43,754 nt of DNA, taken from a virus. Its lineage: Duplodnaviria; Heunggongvirae; Uroviricota; Caudoviricetes. A program made the position numbers and the translations under genes. The DNA lies in the IMG/VR virus record IMGVR_UViG_2778261353_000008, one strand, 5' to 3'. Below are positions 1 through 8,454 of the stretch, piece after piece (the stretch's first letter is position 1; each line of letters opens with the position of its first letter). The notes below the pieces were generated by a model. The model saw only the letters and a list, made by a program, of their open reading frames with translations. It ran no database searches and had not been told where the DNA came from.

Positions 1-1164
1 TTACGCCTTCTTTATATCCTCCATAATTCCAGAGTGGGACATATTTGGGACATTATCACCAAAAATGTCGTCTATTTTCCTCGCATGCTCTGTCAAATGA
101 TTAGGCGCAAGGTGAGCATACCTACGAACCATTTCTATGGACTCCCATCCGCCCATTTCCTGAAGCACTGATAATGGGACGCCTGACTGAATCAGCCAGC
201 TTGCCCAGGTGTGTCTGAGGTCATGGAAACGGAAATCTTCAATTCCTGCACGACGACAAGCTGATAGCCATGATGTCTTGCTGTCGATGCGCATCTTCCT
301 GACCGCAGGCGTTGATGTTCCATCTGCTCGCTTAGCCGCCTTGGTATGTACAAACACCCATTTGTGATGCTTGCCTATTTGATCACGCAACACTTTACAG
401 GCGGTATCGTTCAGCGCCACACCAATGGCGCGGTTTGATTTGCTCTCTTCTGGATTCACCCAGGCAACTCGTCGCTGCATGTCGATTTGTTGCCATTCCA
501 GATTTATGATGTTCGACTTTCTCAGACCAGTTGCCAGCGCAAACTTGACGACAGATTTCAGTGGTTCGGGGCACTCATCAATAAGGCGTTTTGCTTCCTC
601 CTTTTCCAGCCATCTGACTCGCTTGTTTCTGACCGCTGGTATCTTGATGACAGGCGCTTTTTCCAGCCACTTCCAGTCGCGTTCTGCAGCACGGAGAATG
701 GCCTTTATCATGGCAAGATGCTTTGCCTTTGTCTGAGTTGATACTGGCTTTGGTTCATAAACAGGCAGTTCTTTACCTTTCCTGATGGCGGCCTGAACTT
801 TCTGTTTCCATATTTCTTTCGTCTTTCTGTTATGCATTCTGCTTACAGCAGAGTAAATCTTTGCCTCCGAGATATCTTTAAGCCTTATACCCTCAAAATG
901 TTCAAGCCAGAACTCAATCCGGCTTTTATCTGAATCGAGAGATTTTTTATCAGCTTTTTCCTCAAGCCATCTTAGGCAGGCCTCTTCAAAAGTGACATCA
1001 GGTAAATCCCCTAGCTTTTCTACTCGCCAGAGTTCTGCTTTTCGCTTGTCGTGCAACTCCTGAGCTTGCCGCTTGTCCTTTGTGCCAAGAGATTCCTTAA
1101 TTCGTTTCCCGCCCGGGAGCGAATACGAGGCATACCATATTTCATTTCTGCGGAAGAGTGACAT
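1..1164 (-). CDS. int: Phage integrase, tyrosine recombinase (P22/lambdoid Int-like)
   Basis: 387-aa ORF; N-terminus [35 protein letters not shown] resembles P22-type Int; C-terminal catalytic region with R..HDLRHT..RRYAHL; first gene of the prophage arm, overlapped by xis. Confidence 0.93.
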   Translation of the reverse strand: MSLFRRNEIWYASYSLPGGKRIKESLGTKDKRQAQELHDKRKAELWRVEKLGDLPDVTFEEACLRWLEEKADKKSLDSDKSRIEFWLEHFEGIRLKDISEAKIYSAVSRMHNRKTKEIWKQKVQAAIRKGKELPVYEPKPVSTQTKAKHLAMIKAILRAAERDWKWLEKAPVIKIPAVRNKRVRWLEKEEAKRLIDECPEPLKSVVKFALATGLRKSNIINLEWQQIDMQRRVAWVNPEESKSNRAIGVALNDTACKVLRDQIGKHHKWVFVHTKAAKRADGTSTPAVRKMRIDSKTSWLSACRRAGIEDFRFHDLRHTWASWLIQSGVPLSVLQEMGGWESIEMVRRYAHLAPNHLTEHARKIDDIFGDNVPNMSHSGIMEDIKKA

Positions 1165-1391
1165 TTTCTTTCCTCTGTTATGCCATCACCCGCGCTCACC
1201 TGGACAGTATGCAGCGGAGACTGAAGCGCCGCAATGCAGGCTTGCCGTGTTGTGAGGTAAGGAGATTTTGGCTTGGTTGGATCTTTACGTGTTGCCTGTA
1301 GGCGGCCTGTTCGTATCCAGTTGGTGGCGGTTGGTCTGGATATCTTAAGAAACTGACAGGCCTCATCGAGTGTGAGGCTGTATGATTCCAT
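1020..1391 (-). CDS. xis: Excisionase (P22 Xis-like)
   Basis: ORF 1020..1421 trimmed to internal Met ([38 protein letters not shown]...), which matches my recollection of P22 Xis; overlaps int start as in lambdoid phages. Confidence 0.8.
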   Translation of the reverse strand: MESYSLTLDEACQFLKISRPTATNWIRTGRLQATRKDPTKPKSPYLTTRQACIAALQSPLHTVQVSAGDGITEERKCHSSAEMKYGMPRIRSRAGNELRNLLAQRTSGKLRSCTTSEKQNSGE

Positions 1392-1641
1392 GGTTACCTC
1401 TGCTTTTTGAACGCATGTCACGTAACTTCTTAATGTGTTCTGCCGTTTCGATCTCTTCTGCTATCCGATCTGCATCAGCTTTATTCACAGGTTCAAAGTC
1501 ATGATTAAAGCGGAACATGCTGGCGATACATGTTCTGCCTTTTCGGATGTAGTGAACTTTGTTGTGGGTAGAACGCAGGATTTTGCAGGGAGTGCCGTGG
1601 TGGTCGACGTACCAGGTGTTAGGAAAAATGATTCTGAACAT
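1363..1641 (-). CDS. Hypothetical early-left protein (92 aa)
   Basis: ORF with GAGGTG RBS 6-7 nt upstream of ATG; same strand and operon as xis; no family recognised. Confidence 0.5.
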   Translation of the reverse strand: MFRIIFPNTWYVDHHGTPCKILRSTHNKVHYIRKGRTCIASMFRFNHDFEPVNKADADRIAEEIETAEHIKKLRDMRSKSRGNHGIIQPHTR

Positions 1642-1688
1642 TTTTACACCTCAGTTGGACGATGTTGAAATTTGCTGCTTTGAGGCCA

Positions 1689-1907
1689 TCACAGTCCCCA
1701 TTGTTTGTTCTTAAGTTCGATCTCCTCCTGGCAACTTGCACAAGTCCGACAACCCTGAACAGCCAGGCGTCTTCGCTCATCTATCGGATCGCCACACTCA
1801 CAACAATGAGTTGCGGATACAGTCTGGTAGTTCTGACGACGCATTTTTATTGCTGTATTGCGCTGTAATTCTTCGATTTCTGATGCTGAATCAATGATGT
1901 CTGCCAT
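1689..1907 (-). CDS. TraR/DksA-family C4 zinc-finger protein (lambda Orf73-like)
   Basis: 72 aa with CxxC...CxxC (CCECGDPIDERRRLAVQGCRTCASC); this DNA stretch is nearly identical to the lambda sequence I recall between xis and exo. Confidence 0.8.
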   Translation of the reverse strand: MADIIDSASEIEELQRNTAIKMRRQNYQTVSATHCCECGDPIDERRRLAVQGCRTCASCQEEIELKNKQWGL

Positions 1908-2005
1908 CTTCCATTAATCCCTGAATTGTTGGTTAATACGCTTGAGGATGAATGCGAACAATAAAAAAGGAGCCTGTAGCTCCCTGATGATTTTGCTTTT
2001 CATGT

Positions 2006-2221
2006 TCACCGTTCCTTAAAGACGCCGTTTAACATGCCGATCGCCAGGCTTAAATGAGTCGGTGTGAATCCCATCAGCGTTACCGTTTCGCGGTGCTTCT
2101 TAAGTACGCTACGGCAAATGTCATCGACGTTTTTATCCGGAAACTGCTGTCTGGCTTTTTTGATTTCAGAATTAGCCTGACGGGCAATGCTGCGAAGGGC
2201 GTTTTCCTGCTGAGGTGTCAT
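2006..2221 (-). CDS. Lambda orf63-like small protein
   Basis: ORF 2006..2320 trimmed to internal Met MTPQQENALRSIARQANSEIKKARQQ...; DNA nearly identical to the lambda b-region sequence I recall. Confidence 0.6.
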   Translation of the reverse strand: MTPQQENALRSIARQANSEIKKARQQFPDKNVDDICRSVLKKHRETVTLMGFTPTHLSLAIGMLNGVFKER

Positions 2222-2301
2222 TGAACAAGTCCCATGTCGGCAAGCATAAGCACACAGAATATGAAGCCTGCTGCCAGAAAAATGCATTCCGTGGTTGTCA
2301 T
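2218..2301 (-). CDS. 27-aa hydrophobic peptide (MTTTECIFLAAGFIFCVLMLADMGLVQ), conserved with lambda
   Basis: Hand-translated; start overlaps methyltransferase stop (ATGA) and stop overlaps the orf63-like start (ATGA); below the 60-aa cut-off of the ORF track. Confidence 0.35.
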   Translation of the reverse strand: MTTTECIFLAAGFIFCVLMLADMGLVQ

Positions 2302-2855
2302 GCAGCTTCCCGACGGGCAAGAATCCTTGAGCCGAACGCCATCAACTCTCCACGATCAACGGTCGTAAAGTGGCAGTGTGTACGGGGGTATGGGTGCCAG
2401 ATAATGAGCATCGAGCCTTTATTATTTCCACTGACGGGTTTCTCAGTGAGTGGGTTAATAAATGCCAGTCGTCCTGCCGTGATGAATCTGACCTCACTGG
2501 CGGTTTGTATCGCTTCATGAAACCATCCGACAGATGTGTCAGCAGGCAATAACATTACACATCCCACACTACTGAATTTGTTTTCAGTGGCTGCCTTTTT
2601 CACAAAAGGGGAAATATTGCTGTATGGTGGATTCAACCAGACATAACCAGAGGCATATCCCATTGCTTCAGGCCATGAAGTGGTTAATGTGTTCTGCTCC
2701 TGTGAGATAAAAAGCCGACATAGTCGGTTTTTTTCGCTGGCGGCAGCATCAAGTTGAAAAACGAACTCTGCATTAAGCGCAGCAAAAATCTCTGGTGGTG
2801 TGCGCCAGCTGTCGCGATGTTCGGCAGGAGTATTGCTTCCGGTGAAATCAGTCAT
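2298..2855 (-). CDS. Phage DNA N6-adenine methyltransferase (Dam family), copy 1
   Basis: 185 aa; WRTPPEIF motif and NPPYS (DPPY-type catalytic motif), GNNKGSMLIIW; lies where lambda carries orf61 in the early-left operon. Confidence 0.8.
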   Translation of the reverse strand: MTDFTGSNTPAEHRDSWRTPPEIFAALNAEFVFQLDAAASEKNRLCRLFISQEQNTLTTSWPEAMGYASGYVWLNPPYSNISPFVKKAATENKFSSVGCVMLLPADTSVGWFHEAIQTASEVRFITAGRLAFINPLTEKPVSGNNKGSMLIIWHPYPRTHCHFTTVDRGELMAFGSRILARREAA

Positions 2856-3015
2856 ACAGCCCCCGTTTATTATTTATCGCCTCAGCCAGCCGCTGTGCTT
2901 TCAGTGGATTTCTGATAACAGAAAGGCCGGGAAATACCCAGCCTCGCTTTGTAACGGAGTAGATGAAAGTGATCGCGCCTACCCGGATATTATCGTGAGG
3001 ATGCTTCATCGCCAT
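2848..3015 (-). CDS. Lambda orf60a-like small protein (55 aa)
   Basis: Hand-translated [55 protein letters not shown]; matches the lambda orf60a N-terminus as I recall it but ends earlier where the methyltransferase begins. Confidence 0.4.
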   Translation of the reverse strand: MAMKHPHDNIRVGAITFIYSVTKRGWVFPGLSVIRNPLKAQRLAEAINNKRGLYD

Positions 3016-3686
3016 TGCTCCCCAAATACAAAACCAATTTCAGCCAGTGCCACGTCCATTTTTTCGATGAACTCCGGCACCATCTCGTCAAAATTCGCCA
3101 TGTACTTTTCATTCCGCTCAATCACGACATAATGCAGGCCTTCACGCTTCATACGCGGGTCATAGTTGGCAAAGTACCAGGCATCTTTTCGCGTCACCCA
3201 CATGCTGTACTGCACCTGGGCCATGTAAGCCGATTTTATGGCCTCGAAACCACCGAGCCGGAACTTCATGAAATCCCGGGAGGTAAACGGGCATTTCAGT
3301 TCAAGGCCGTTGCCGTCACTGCATAAACCATCGGGAGAGCAGGCGGTGCGCATACTTTCGTCGCGATAGATGATCGGGGATTCAGTAACATTCACGCCGG
3401 AAGTGAATTCAAACAGGGTTCTGGCGTCGTTCTCGTACTGTTTTCCCCAGGCCAGCGCCTTAGCATTAACTTCCGGAGCCACACCGGTGCAAACCTCAGC
3501 CAGCAGGGTGTGGAAGTAGGACATTTTCATGTCAGGCCACTTTTTTCCGGAGCGGGGTTTTGCTATCACATTGTGAACTTCTGAAGCGGTGATGACGCCG
3601 AGCCGTAATTTGTGCCACGCATCATCCCCCTGTTCGACAGCTCTCACGTCGATTCCGGTACGCTGCAGGATAATGTCCGGTGTCAT
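3006..3686 (-). CDS. exo: Lambda exonuclease (Red alpha)
   Basis: 226 aa, essentially identical to lambda Exo ([43 protein letters not shown]...). Confidence 0.97.
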   Translation of the reverse strand: MTPDIILQRTGIDVRAVEQGDDAWHKLRLGVITASEVHNVIAKPRSGKKWPDMKMSYFHTLLAEVCTGVAPEVNAKALAWGKQYENDARTLFEFTSGVNVTESPIIYRDESMRTACSPDGLCSDGNGLELKCPFTSRDFMKFRLGGFEAIKSAYMAQVQYSMWVTRKDAWYFANYDPRMKREGLHYVVIERNEKYMANFDEMVPEFIEKMDVALAEIGFVFGEQWR

Positions 3687-4468
3687 GCAGCCACCTTCTG
3701 CTCAGTGGCTTTCTGTTTCAGGAATCCAAGAGCTTTCACTGCTTCGGCCTGTGTCAGTTCTGACGATGCGCGAATGTCGCGGCGAAATATCTGGGAACAG
3801 AGCGGCAATAAGTCGTCATCCCATGTTTTATCCAGGGCAATCAGCAGAGTGTTAATCTCCTGCATGGTTTCATCGTTAACCGGAGTGATGTCGCGTTCCG
3901 GCTGACGTTCTGCAGTGTATGCGGTATTTTCGACAATGCGCTCGGCTTCATCCTTGTCATAGATACCAGCAAATCCGAAGGCCAGACGGGCACACTGAAT
4001 CATGGCTTTATGTCGTAACATCCGTTTGGGATGCGACTGCCACGGTCCGGTGATTTCTCTGCCTTCGCGGGTTTTGAATGGTTCGCGGCGGCATTCATCC
4101 ATCCACTCGGTAACGCAGATCGGATGATTGCGGTCCTTGCGGTAAATCCGGCATGTGCAGGATTCATTGTCCTGCTCAAAGTCCATACCATCAAACTGCT
4201 GGTTTTCATTGATGATGCGGGACCAGCCATCAACGCCCACCACCGGAACGATGCCATTCTGCTTATCAGGAAAGGCGTAAATTTCTTTCGTCCATGGATT
4301 AAGGCCGTACTGGTTGGCAACGATCAGTAATGCGATGAACTGCGCATCGCTGGCATCACCTTTAAATGCCGTCTGGCGAAGAGTGGTGATCAGTTCCTGT
4401 GGGTCGACAGAATCCATGCCGACACGTTCAGCCAGCTTCCCAGCCAGCGTTGCGAGTGCTGTACTCAT
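3683..4468 (-). CDS. bet: Recombination protein Bet (Red beta)
   Basis: 261 aa, matches lambda Bet ([59 protein letters not shown]...). Confidence 0.97.
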   Translation of the reverse strand: MSTALATLAGKLAERVGMDSVDPQELITTLRQTAFKGDASDAQFIALLIVANQYGLNPWTKEIYAFPDKQNGIVPVVGVDGWSRIINENQQFDGMDFEQDNESCTCRIYRKDRNHPICVTEWMDECRREPFKTREGREITGPWQSHPKRMLRHKAMIQCARLAFGFAGIYDKDEAERIVENTAYTAERQPERDITPVNDETMQEINTLLIALDKTWDDDLLPLCSQIFRRDIRASSELTQAEAVKALGFLKQKATEQKVAA

Positions 4469-4473
4469 CCGTT

Positions 4474-4890
4474 TTATACCTCTGAATCAATATCAACCTG
4501 GTGGTGAGCAATGGTTTCAACCATGTACCGGATGTGTTCTGCCATGCGCTCCTGAAACTCAACATCGTCATCAAACGCACGGGTAATGGCTTTTTTGCTG
4601 GCCCCGTGGCGTTGTAAATGATCGATGCAGAGTGATTCAAACAGGTGCTGGGGCAGACCTTTTTCCATGTCGTCTGCCAGTTCTGCCTCTTTCTCTTCAC
4701 GGGCGATCTGCTGGTAGTGACGCGTCCAGCTCTGAGCCTCAAGACGATCCTGAATGTAATAAGCGTTCATGGCTGAACTCCTGAAATAGCTGTGAAAATA
4801 TCGCCCGCGAAATGCCGGGCTGATTAGGAAAACAGGAAAGGGGGTTAGTGAATGCTTTTGCTTGATCTCAGTTTCAGTATTAATATCCAT
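4474..4890 (-). CDS. gam: Host nuclease inhibitor Gam
   Basis: 138 aa, matches lambda Gam long form ([55 protein letters not shown]...). Confidence 0.96.
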   Translation of the reverse strand: MDINTETEIKQKHSLTPFPVFLISPAFRGRYFHSYFRSSAMNAYYIQDRLEAQSWTRHYQQIAREEKEAELADDMEKGLPQHLFESLCIDHLQRHGASKKAITRAFDDDVEFQERMAEHIRYMVETIAHHQVDIDSEV

Positions 4891-4988
4891 TTTTTATAAG
4901 CGTCGACGGCCTCACGAAACATCTTTTCATCGCCAATAAAAGTGGCGATAGTGAATTTAGTCTGGATAGCCATAAGTGTTTGATCCAT
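4845..4988 (-). CDS. kil: Kil (FtsZ inhibitor), 47 aa
   Basis: ORF 4845..5114 trimmed to internal Met [47 protein letters not shown], matching lambda Kil. Confidence 0.85.
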   Translation of the reverse strand: MDQTLMAIQTKFTIATFIGDEKMFREAVDAYKKWILILKLRSSKSIH

Positions 4989-5121
4989 TTTTTGGGACTC
5001 CTGGCTGATTAAGTATGTCGATAAGGCGTTTCCATCCGTCACGTAATTTACGGGTGATTCGTTCAAGTAAAGATTCGGAAGGGCAGCCAGCAACAGGCCA
5101 CCCTGCAATGGCATATTGCAT
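4957..5121 (-). CDS. cIII: CIII (FtsH inhibitor stabilising CII), 54 aa
   Basis: Hand-translated from reverse complement: [54 protein letters not shown]; overlaps kil as in lambda; absent from ORF track (<60 aa). Confidence 0.88.
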   Translation of the reverse strand: MQYAIAGWPVAGCPSESLLERITRKLRDGWKRLIDILNQPGVPKNGSNTYGYPD

Positions 5122-5193
5122 GGTGTGCTCCTTATTTATACATAACGAAAAACGCCTCGAGTGAAGCGTTATTGGTATGCGGTAACGCCGCGC

Positions 5194-5562
5194 TCAGGCG
5201 GCTTTGATAGTCATATCATCTGAATCAAATATTCCTGATGTATCGATATCGGTAATTCTTATTCCTTCGCTACCATCCATTGGAGGCCATCCTTCCTGAC
5301 CATTTCCATCATTCCAGTCGAACTCACACACAACACCATATGCATTTAAGTCGCTTGAAATTGCTATAAGCAGAGCATGTTGCGCCAGCATGATTAATAC
5401 AGCATTTAATACAGAGCCGTGTTTATTGAGTCGGTATTCAGAGTCTGACCAGAAATTATTAATCTGGTGAAGTTTTTCCTCTGTCATTACGTCATGGTCG
5501 ATTTCAATTTCTATTGATGCTTTCCAGTCGTAATCAATGATGTATTTTTTGATGTTTGACAT
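5194..5562 (-). CDS. ea10: Ea10-like early protein (122 aa)
   Basis: Length and position (between cIII and ral) match lambda ea10; flanking DNA matches lambda sequence I recall. Confidence 0.8.
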   Translation of the reverse strand: MSNIKKYIIDYDWKASIEIEIDHDVMTEEKLHQINNFWSDSEYRLNKHGSVLNAVLIMLAQHALLIAISSDLNAYGVVCEFDWNDGNGQEGWPPMDGSEGIRITDIDTSGIFDSDDMTIKAA

Positions 5563-5724
5563 CTGTTCATATCCTCATAGATAAAAAATCGCCCTCACAC
5601 TGGAGGGCAAAGAAGATTTCCAATAATCAGAACAAGTCGGCTCCTGTTTAGTTACGAGCGACATTGCTCCGTGTATTCACTCGTTGGAATGAATACACAG
5701 TGCAGTGTTTATTCTGTTGTTAGT

Positions 5725-5753
5725 GCCAAAAATAAAGGCCGACTATGCGGCCT
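5725..5753 (-). terminator. Putative rho-independent terminator downstream of the membrane-protein cassette
   Basis: Minus-strand RNA would form AGGCCG/CGGCCT stem (6 bp, 6-nt loop) followed by UUAUUUUUGG; sits immediately 3' of ORF 5758..6207. Confidence 0.5.
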
Positions 5754-5757
5754 GAAA

Positions 5758-6207
5758 TTACTTAACCAATGATGCTGCATATTCGATAAGGTAAAGCTTT
5801 GGAGCCAGCAAAATTTTTAACCATGTCATATTGGTTACTGCACTAATAATAAAAATCCCCCACAGAGCCAAAACTCCAACTAATGGCATGATAAGAAGAT
5901 TAATATCACCTTTGCTATCCCAAACCATTGTCGGCCTGTATTTGGGATTTCCCTTCTCCCATGAATATCCTTCATCACTGATTTTACCTGTCTCAACTCT
6001 TCGACACTGCTTCTTCATAAACCAGAAAACCAGTGGGATTGTTAGAATGGCTATTAATGTTTTAATCAGACTGTCAACCATATTCCATAGCAGCAACTGA
6101 TGAACAACATCAGGAATCTGCGCCTGGCTGAATGAAACAGCCGTGTCTATTCCATTGCTGGCTTTTTGCAGTAGTTCTACGAGAATCTTGTTTGCTTGTT
6201 CTTCCAT
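5758..6207 (-). CDS. Hypothetical integral membrane protein (149 aa), cassette inserted between ea10 and ral
   Basis: Two strongly hydrophobic segments (LIKTLIAILTIPLVFWFM and LLIMPLVGVLALWGIFIISAV); AAGGGG RBS upstream of ATG; AT-rich; absent from lambda at this junction. Confidence 0.65.
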   Translation of the reverse strand: MEEQANKILVELLQKASNGIDTAVSFSQAQIPDVVHQLLLWNMVDSLIKTLIAILTIPLVFWFMKKQCRRVETGKISDEGYSWEKGNPKYRPTMVWDSKGDINLLIMPLVGVLALWGIFIISAVTNMTWLKILLAPKLYLIEYAASLVK

Positions 6208-6266
6208 ATATCCCCTTGATTGTAATAAGCATGAAATTATTTACGGCCAAAAAATAAAGGCCACCA

Positions 6267-6467
6267 TCAGGCAGCCTTGTTGTTCTGTTTACCAAGTTCT
6301 CTGGCAATCATTGCCGTCGTTCGTATTGCCCATTTATCGACATATTTCCCATCTTCCATTACAGGAAACATTTCTTCAGACTTAACCATGCATTCCGATT
6401 GCAGCTTGCATCCATTGCATCGCTTGAATTGTCCACACCATTGATTTTTATCAATAGTCGTAGTCAT
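6267..6467 (-). CDS. ral: Restriction alleviation protein Ral
   Basis: 66 aa, matches lambda Ral (MTTTIDKNQWCGQFKRCNGCKLQSECMVK.EEMFPVMEDGKYVDKWAIRTTAMIARELGKQNNKAA). Confidence 0.95.
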   Translation of the reverse strand: MTTTIDKNQWCGQFKRCNGCKLQSECMVKSEEMFPVMEDGKYVDKWAIRTTAMIARELGKQNNKAA

Positions 6468-6595
6468 ACGGATAGTCCTGGTATTGTTCCATCACATCCT
6501 GAGGATGCTCTTCGAACTCTTCAAATTCTTCTTCCATATATCACCTCAAATAAGTGGTTTGCTGCCTAATTTTATTTTCTGGCGACCAACACAAG

Positions 6596-6868
6596 TCACC
6601 TTGCTGTCAGTTGTTTTGATTTCCTGTAGCCTGCCGCGTAAAGAGCTACATTTGGAAGACAAGTTGAGCCTTCATATTTTCTGGTCAACGTTGTCAGTGT
6701 TATTACTTCTGCTCTCATTGCTGGTTTGCGCTTGCATTGCAAGACCACTCGAGAGGGGGTTGGTCTGTGTAGCTTGTCGGAGCTAATCGCCTCCTGACTT
6801 TGCAGGTTTGCGCGACGAGCTCTACGACGAGAAGCTGAGGTGCCTTTAAATTCTGTTTTTCTGGACAT
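6596..6868 (-). CDS. N: Antitermination protein N (P22 gp24-like, non-lambda)
   Basis: ORF 6596..6952 trimmed to Met preceded by GGGAGG RBS; arginine-rich motif SASRRRARRA near N-terminus; C-terminus LPNVALYAAGYRKSKQLTAR resembles P22 gp24 C-terminus; sits between ral and pL. Confidence 0.8.
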   Translation of the reverse strand: MSRKTEFKGTSASRRRARRANLQSQEAISSDKLHRPTPSRVVLQCKRKPAMRAEVITLTTLTRKYEGSTCLPNVALYAAGYRKSKQLTAR

Positions 6869-6966
6869 AGATTCCTCCCGAATAAACTTTGGTGATGCAA
6901 TCTCGAAGCTCCTCCTGAGACGGTTGCTTCGGCATTGCATCCCACAGCTCATGTGGTTGGGTGATC

Positions 6967-7013
6967 TGGCTTTTCAGCCACGTAGTCGAGAGTTCGACGT
7001 TGTTTAAAGAGCC
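6967..7013 (-). promoter_or_regulatory. Putative nutL (boxA-like GGCUCUUUAA followed by boxB-like hairpin UGGCUGAAAAGCCA)
   Basis: Seen on reverse complement between pL candidate and N start; boxB loop GAAAA as in lambda; stem differs from nutR by compensatory changes (GGC/GCC vs CGC/GCG). Confidence 0.5.
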
Positions 7014-7051
7014 TGCCAGTCTGTTCCGTTTGGCTTCCAGCGTCCTGCTGA

Positions 7052-7087
7052 CGGTTAAATAGTACGATATGTACTTTATTGGGTCAA
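7052..7087 (-). promoter_or_regulatory. Putative pL with operator OL1
   Basis: On minus strand: -35 TTGACC, 17-nt spacer, -10 TACTAT; palindrome AGTACATATCGTACT (7061..7075) overlaps spacer and -10 and closely matches a site in the pR candidate. Confidence 0.5.
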
Positions 7088-7272
7088 TACGATTTGTTCT
7101 AAAATGGGGTGATTTTTTATAACACTTTGTATTTAATAGTGTTGTTTTTTAGCGTGGGTGTATCGCCTCGGCGATGTAAGGAGAGATCAGAATTGCGTGG
7201 TTTAGTGAGTTGTATCTATTTATTTTTCAATAAATACATTTGGTTATGTGTCTTTAGATGGGGGCGTGAGGC

Positions 7273-7300
7273 AAAGAAAACCCGGCGCTGAGGCCGGGTG
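7273..7300 (-). terminator. t_imm-like rho-independent terminator ending the cI operon
   Basis: CCCGGC..GCCGGG stem followed on the minus-strand RNA by UUUUCUUUG; surrounding ~120 nt match the lambda sequence I recall between OL and rexB. Confidence 0.6.
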
Positions 7301-7308
7301 GGGTTTTG

Positions 7309-7479
7309 TTATTGGTGCATTTGGCAGACTGTAGTATCAGGTCCATAAGCCAAAGTAAAAACAGGCTTGTTGATCAATCCGTTGTTCTTTAATGATTGAA
7401 TCATTTTACCTTGCTCGCTAACTTTTTGCTTGCTAAGTATTTCTGCCACTTGCTGTGTCAGTGATTTGTCTTTGCTCAT
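7309..7479 (-). CDS. Small ORF (56 aa) translationally coupled to the upstream peptidase-like gene
   Basis: Hand-translated MSKDKSLTQQVAEILSKQKVSEQGKMIQSLKNNGLINKPVFTLAYGPDTTVCQMHQ; its ATG directly follows the TAA of the 300-aa gene (TAAATG); ends 9 nt before the t_imm hairpin; below ORF-track cut-off. Confidence 0.45.
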   Translation of the reverse strand: MSKDKSLTQQVAEILSKQKVSEQGKMIQSLKNNGLINKPVFTLAYGPDTTVCQMHQ

Positions 7480-8382
7480 TTATGACTCACTTTGTTCTGA
7501 GAAGGGGAATGAAGACAGAACAAGAACCTGTCGATTTGTCTTATACATGTATTCATTAATGACGTTGTGCAGATTTTTTAACGCCATGCTAAAATCTTTG
7601 TCGTATGTAAAGTCTTCTACTTTAATTCTTAAGTCATTGATAAGAGTATTTATTCCTATCGTTCTTCCGTGAGAATGCCACTTTCCGTTGTCACTAAGAG
7701 CGGTAGCGATCATTTTAGCTCTCGCTTCTTTTTCCCTCTTGGAAACTAGCTTTCCTCGTTTTGTGTTACCTTGATGAACCGTCCACTCTCTGAATTTATA
7801 CTCTACAAGCCACTTCTTAAGCAAGTCTATTGATAGCTCTCTGGCTTGCTCGTATCTCCTTAAGTGCGCAAGATCTAACTGACTAAGCATCATTAGTTCA
7901 GCTTGGGTAATGGTTCCTTCTCTGGATTTAGTAATCATTTCTTCAACTTTATCAAGGTATCCCAAAGCAGGAACCCATTTACCGTCAGAGGATTGCACTT
8001 GAGGGTCAATGGGGCCTAATGAAGAAGCATAGTTCATGTAAATTTTATCTCCAGACATACACCATATTGTGCCTGCCGACATGGCCATATCTGGAATGAT
8101 AAAATATACCTCTTGATAGAAATGCCTTGTAATTTCTACCATTTTTTCCACAGACTCAACAGAGCCACCATTTGTATTGAGTATAATAACTAGAAATCTA
8201 TTGGTACGACTGTTAGCCATCTCCCCAATAGCCTCAAGTTTTGGTTGGTAAACTTCTTTTGACCATGGAAAGATACCACCGTAGTACGCTATGACGTCGC
8301 AGCTTGGGAAAAAGTTATTTTTAAATTGCTCTAACTGCCAAGAAATGTATGTTTCTAGTGTTGAATCAAGATTTTGGCTCAT
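7480..8382 (-). CDS. Clp-fold serine-peptidase-like protein (S49/SDH-family-like) in the rexAB slot
   Basis: 300 aa; motifs VIILNTNGGSVESVEKMVEI, IIPDMAMSAGT (putative Ser nucleophile), SSLGPIDPQ; immediately downstream of cI on the same strand; AT-rich; family assignment is from motif memory only. Confidence 0.6.
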   Translation of the reverse strand: MSQNLDSTLETYISWQLEQFKNNFFPSCDVIAYYGGIFPWSKEVYQPKLEAIGEMANSRTNRFLVIILNTNGGSVESVEKMVEITRHFYQEVYFIIPDMAMSAGTIWCMSGDKIYMNYASSLGPIDPQVQSSDGKWVPALGYLDKVEEMITKSREGTITQAELMMLSQLDLAHLRRYEQARELSIDLLKKWLVEYKFREWTVHQGNTKRGKLVSKREKEARAKMIATALSDNGKWHSHGRTIGINTLINDLRIKVEDFTYDKDFSMALKNLHNVINEYMYKTNRQVLVLSSFPFSEQSES

Positions 8383-8454
8383 GTGATACCTTGCTATATC
8401 AACAATTTACAATAACATGTTGCACTATCGGTTTTTTATTAATCACAATTGGAA

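Noticed and set aside
425-741. Two plus-strand ORFs (103 and 84 aa) inside int
   Set aside because: Antisense to the integrase gene; no recognisable features.
7109-7291. 60-aa plus-strand ORF between pL and the t_imm hairpin
   Set aside because: Covers the promoter/operator and terminator region conserved with lambda; no coding signal.
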